DNA from: a virus
Length of the DNA: 43,982 nucleotides
Virus genome (UHGV): UHGV-0179801
Direction: 5' to 3' (one strand)
A model generated the notes under the pieces. The model saw only the letters and a list, made by a program, of their open reading frames with translations, searched no databases and was not told the origin of the DNA. The position numbers and the translations under genes are program-made. Positions 42,037-43,982 of this stretch are shown piece after piece (position 1 is the first letter of the stretch; every line of letters begins with the position of its first letter).

Positions 42037-43203
42037 TGCGTAGGTGATGCGCTGGATAACAATAGACGACTGATATTGGTTGCCGGTAGCCTGGCCTTCG
42101 ATGGACTGAGTGATTGACTCTGGTCCGCCAATCTCAGGCGTAACCGCCGTAAGCTCTGCGCGTTTCAAACTGAAAGACATAACCCCGTTTACCCCCGCCA
42201 GAATAGAGTTAATCTCTACCTGCTGTTCATTGATAAACTTCTGAATCATCGCCATGTCGTACAGCTTGCCGGAGATGGAGAAGGTGTTAGCCGCGCGACC
42301 ACGTTCCACGAACGCAACGCTACTGTTCCCTAGTTCAAACTGAGCGGATGCGCCGTTGTCGTTGGTGATGGTCAGAGTATCGCAACGCAACGGCGTAGAA
42401 CCGTCGAACACGGACACATCTACAGAAGAGAACGGCTCGTCAGTGAACGTCACCTGGGAGAAATCAGAGCCAGACGGCGGCGCGGTAAGAATCTCCTGAC
42501 TCAGACCGATGAATGGGAAGCTCCCCGTTACCATCGCGTTAACAGCCTGCTCGATAGTAAAACCGGAGATTTCCACGCCTTTGGTCAACATGTACGCGTC
42601 CGGGTTCCCGCACTGACCTTTGAACCATGTCAGGATGGAGAAAGTCTTACATGCATTACCGGTTTCCAGTTTGTCACCGGTTTTTCCATCGGTCTCAATA
42701 GGGCCTTCGGCGGTAAGGGTGTGCTGAATGCCGGCGCCAGTAACCACAGTAGCTGTTACGGCAGTAACGATGAACGGCTTAGAGTTATCGCCAGTTAAAG
42801 CGTCAAAATACAGAAGGTCCCCGACCTCTACACCGTCAGTAATGAAACTGCCAGTGTTGCGGGTGAAAGTTTTTGCTACCGGGTCTACCGTAATACCAAC
42901 AGCGGATAAGGTTACCCCATCCTGCCACGTAGATGTCATCGCACCAGCAAGGAAATCATCCTGACTACGGGAGCTAAGCTCAATGGCATACTCCCCGCTA
43001 ACCTGTTTGTTACCGGTGCGGATAGATGTAGTTTCACGGCTGCCGTCCAGTTCGTTGGAAGTCAGCGCATCGCGGGTTACAGCGGGAACACCGCCGGTGT
43101 TACGCAACGGCGACCATACCGGGTTACTTGGTGTTACGCCAGGGGTCACTTCCGCCACATAGAATTGCGCGGTATTCGCGCCCTTAAAAGGAGTTGTAGC
43201 CAT
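42034..43203 (-). CDS. major tail protein
   Basis: 389 aa; AAGAGG RBS before ATG 43203; first large gene of the tail block after the neck genes, followed by a strong terminator. Confidence 0.6.
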   Translation of the reverse strand: MATTPFKGANTAQFYVAEVTPGVTPSNPVWSPLRNTGGVPAVTRDALTSNELDGSRETTSIRTGNKQVSGEYAIELSSRSQDDFLAGAMTSTWQDGVTLSAVGITVDPVAKTFTRNTGSFITDGVEVGDLLYFDALTGDNSKPFIVTAVTATVVTGAGIQHTLTAEGPIETDGKTGDKLETGNACKTFSILTWFKGQCGNPDAYMLTKGVEISGFTIEQAVNAMVTGSFPFIGLSQEILTAPPSGSDFSQVTFTDEPFSSVDVSVFDGSTPLRCDTLTITNDNGASAQFELGNSSVAFVERGRAANTFSISGKLYDMAMIQKFINEQQVEINSILAGVNGVMSFSLKRAELTAVTPEIGGPESITQSIEGQATGNQYQSSIVIQRITYA

Positions 43204-43205
43204 AT

Positions 43206-43622
43206 TCACAGCCTCTTGGTGAATGCAATAAAGTTAATTGACAATGGTCGTTTGGCCCATCCGTTTTCTACAATCAGCGGCCCCAGGCTAACCGATTGAA
43301 CCTCGGCGCAGATGTCGTTACGTGAAAATGACTTACCTGCTTTAAACGCCGTGTTAAGTAAGTCTGCCATTTTATTGATTGGCGCGCTACCTTTCACCGA
43401 TGCATAGTTAATGTCGACCTGATAAATACCGGAGCGTTGTTCCGTGAAGAACAAATCCGCCTGTTCCGTATCCGCAAGTAGCATGTAACTAGCCAGATAC
43501 GGCGTATCGGTTGACGTCGGCGCGTCGATGTTTTCAAGTGCTACCTTGATGCCGTTGGCGGTTCCGAAGGCTACCAGCGGCACATCAAACGCTTTTGTTA
43601 AGTCCTCAAAGTAGCCCATCAT
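43206..43622 (-). CDS. tail terminator / tail completion protein (putative)
   Basis: 138 aa immediately upstream of the major tail gene; assigned by gene order. Confidence 0.4.
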   Translation of the reverse strand: MMGYFEDLTKAFDVPLVAFGTANGIKVALENIDAPTSTDTPYLASYMLLADTEQADLFFTEQRSGIYQVDINYASVKGSAPINKMADLLNTAFKAGKSFSRNDICAEVQSVSLGPLIVENGWAKRPLSINFIAFTKRL

Positions 43623-43954
43623 TTCACCTTGTTGGCTTCTTCGTTAATGAGTTGCTGGAAGCGGGACACATTTATCCTGACCATGCCTTGTGGGGCCTGT
43701 TTCGACCAATGGCCGTACTCCAACCGTTGCGCATACGGCAGGTTGTTTGTCAGCGTGAACTCGTGCCAGTCTGCTGCTTTCAGTACGAAACTCGTAGCGT
43801 TTCCGATAGCTATGTTTCCTGATTTATCCGTAGCGTCCGTAATCCCGGGGGCAGGAATGCCACCAGACGCCATCCAGTTCATACGAAAGCGGCCCGTATC
43901 TACCGGACTCGCCTTTATGATAGCGGAAAACAGCTTGATAGACACCTGACGCAT
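43619..43954 (-). CDS. head-tail joining protein (HK97 gp10-like, putative)
   Basis: 111 aa, ATGA-coupled, upstream of the tail terminator-like gene; GAGAAGG RBS. Confidence 0.4.
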   Translation of the reverse strand: MRQVSIKLFSAIIKASPVDTGRFRMNWMASGGIPAPGITDATDKSGNIAIGNATSFVLKAADWHEFTLTNNLPYAQRLEYGHWSKQAPQGMVRINVSRFQQLINEEANKVK

Positions 43955-43982
43955 AACCTTCTCAGGGTTCTTCTTCGCCTTT

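Noticed and set aside
1-43982. CRISPR array, tRNA genes, integrase or attachment site
   Set aside because: No spaced direct-repeat array, no T-loop/acceptor-stem pattern recognised by eye, and no integrase- or recombinase-like ORF; tRNA absence is not definitive without tRNAscan-SE.

Overview
The window reads as a near-complete ~44-kb genome of a tailed dsDNA phage with siphovirus-type gene order and enterobacterial-style sigma70 promoters. No integrase or CI-like lysogeny module, no tRNA and no CRISPR array were seen, so it is probably virulent. All calls rest on motif reading and recalled family signatures; no database search or computation was run. Layout: a leftward late operon (1-10500: small and large terminase, portal, Mu-F-like head morphogenesis protein, scaffold, major capsid, Ig-like proteins, neck proteins, with an Rz/Rz1 spanin pair embedded); a leftward block of small genes plus the lysis cassette and a proteasome/HslV-like hydrolase (10586-18023); a rightward replication module (18518-30762: AlpA-like HTH, primase-helicase, XRE regulator on the opposite strand, Cas4-like nuclease, SSB-like protein, family-A DNA polymerase, VRR-NUC, C5-cytosine methyltransferase, SNF2 helicase); and a leftward tail module (30796-43954). 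Three small rightward cassettes sit inside the leftward structural operons, each with the same conserved promoter/leader and the same terminator hairpin. The most interesting items are a half-size DnaN (beta sliding clamp) homologue that keeps the clamp's partner-binding pocket residues (6657-7178), a C5-methyltransferase whose conserved motifs are split across two reading frames (28267-29211), a compact HslV-like hydrolase next to the holins (14736-15173), and an HTH-metallophosphoesterase cassette inside the tail module (40223-42036).
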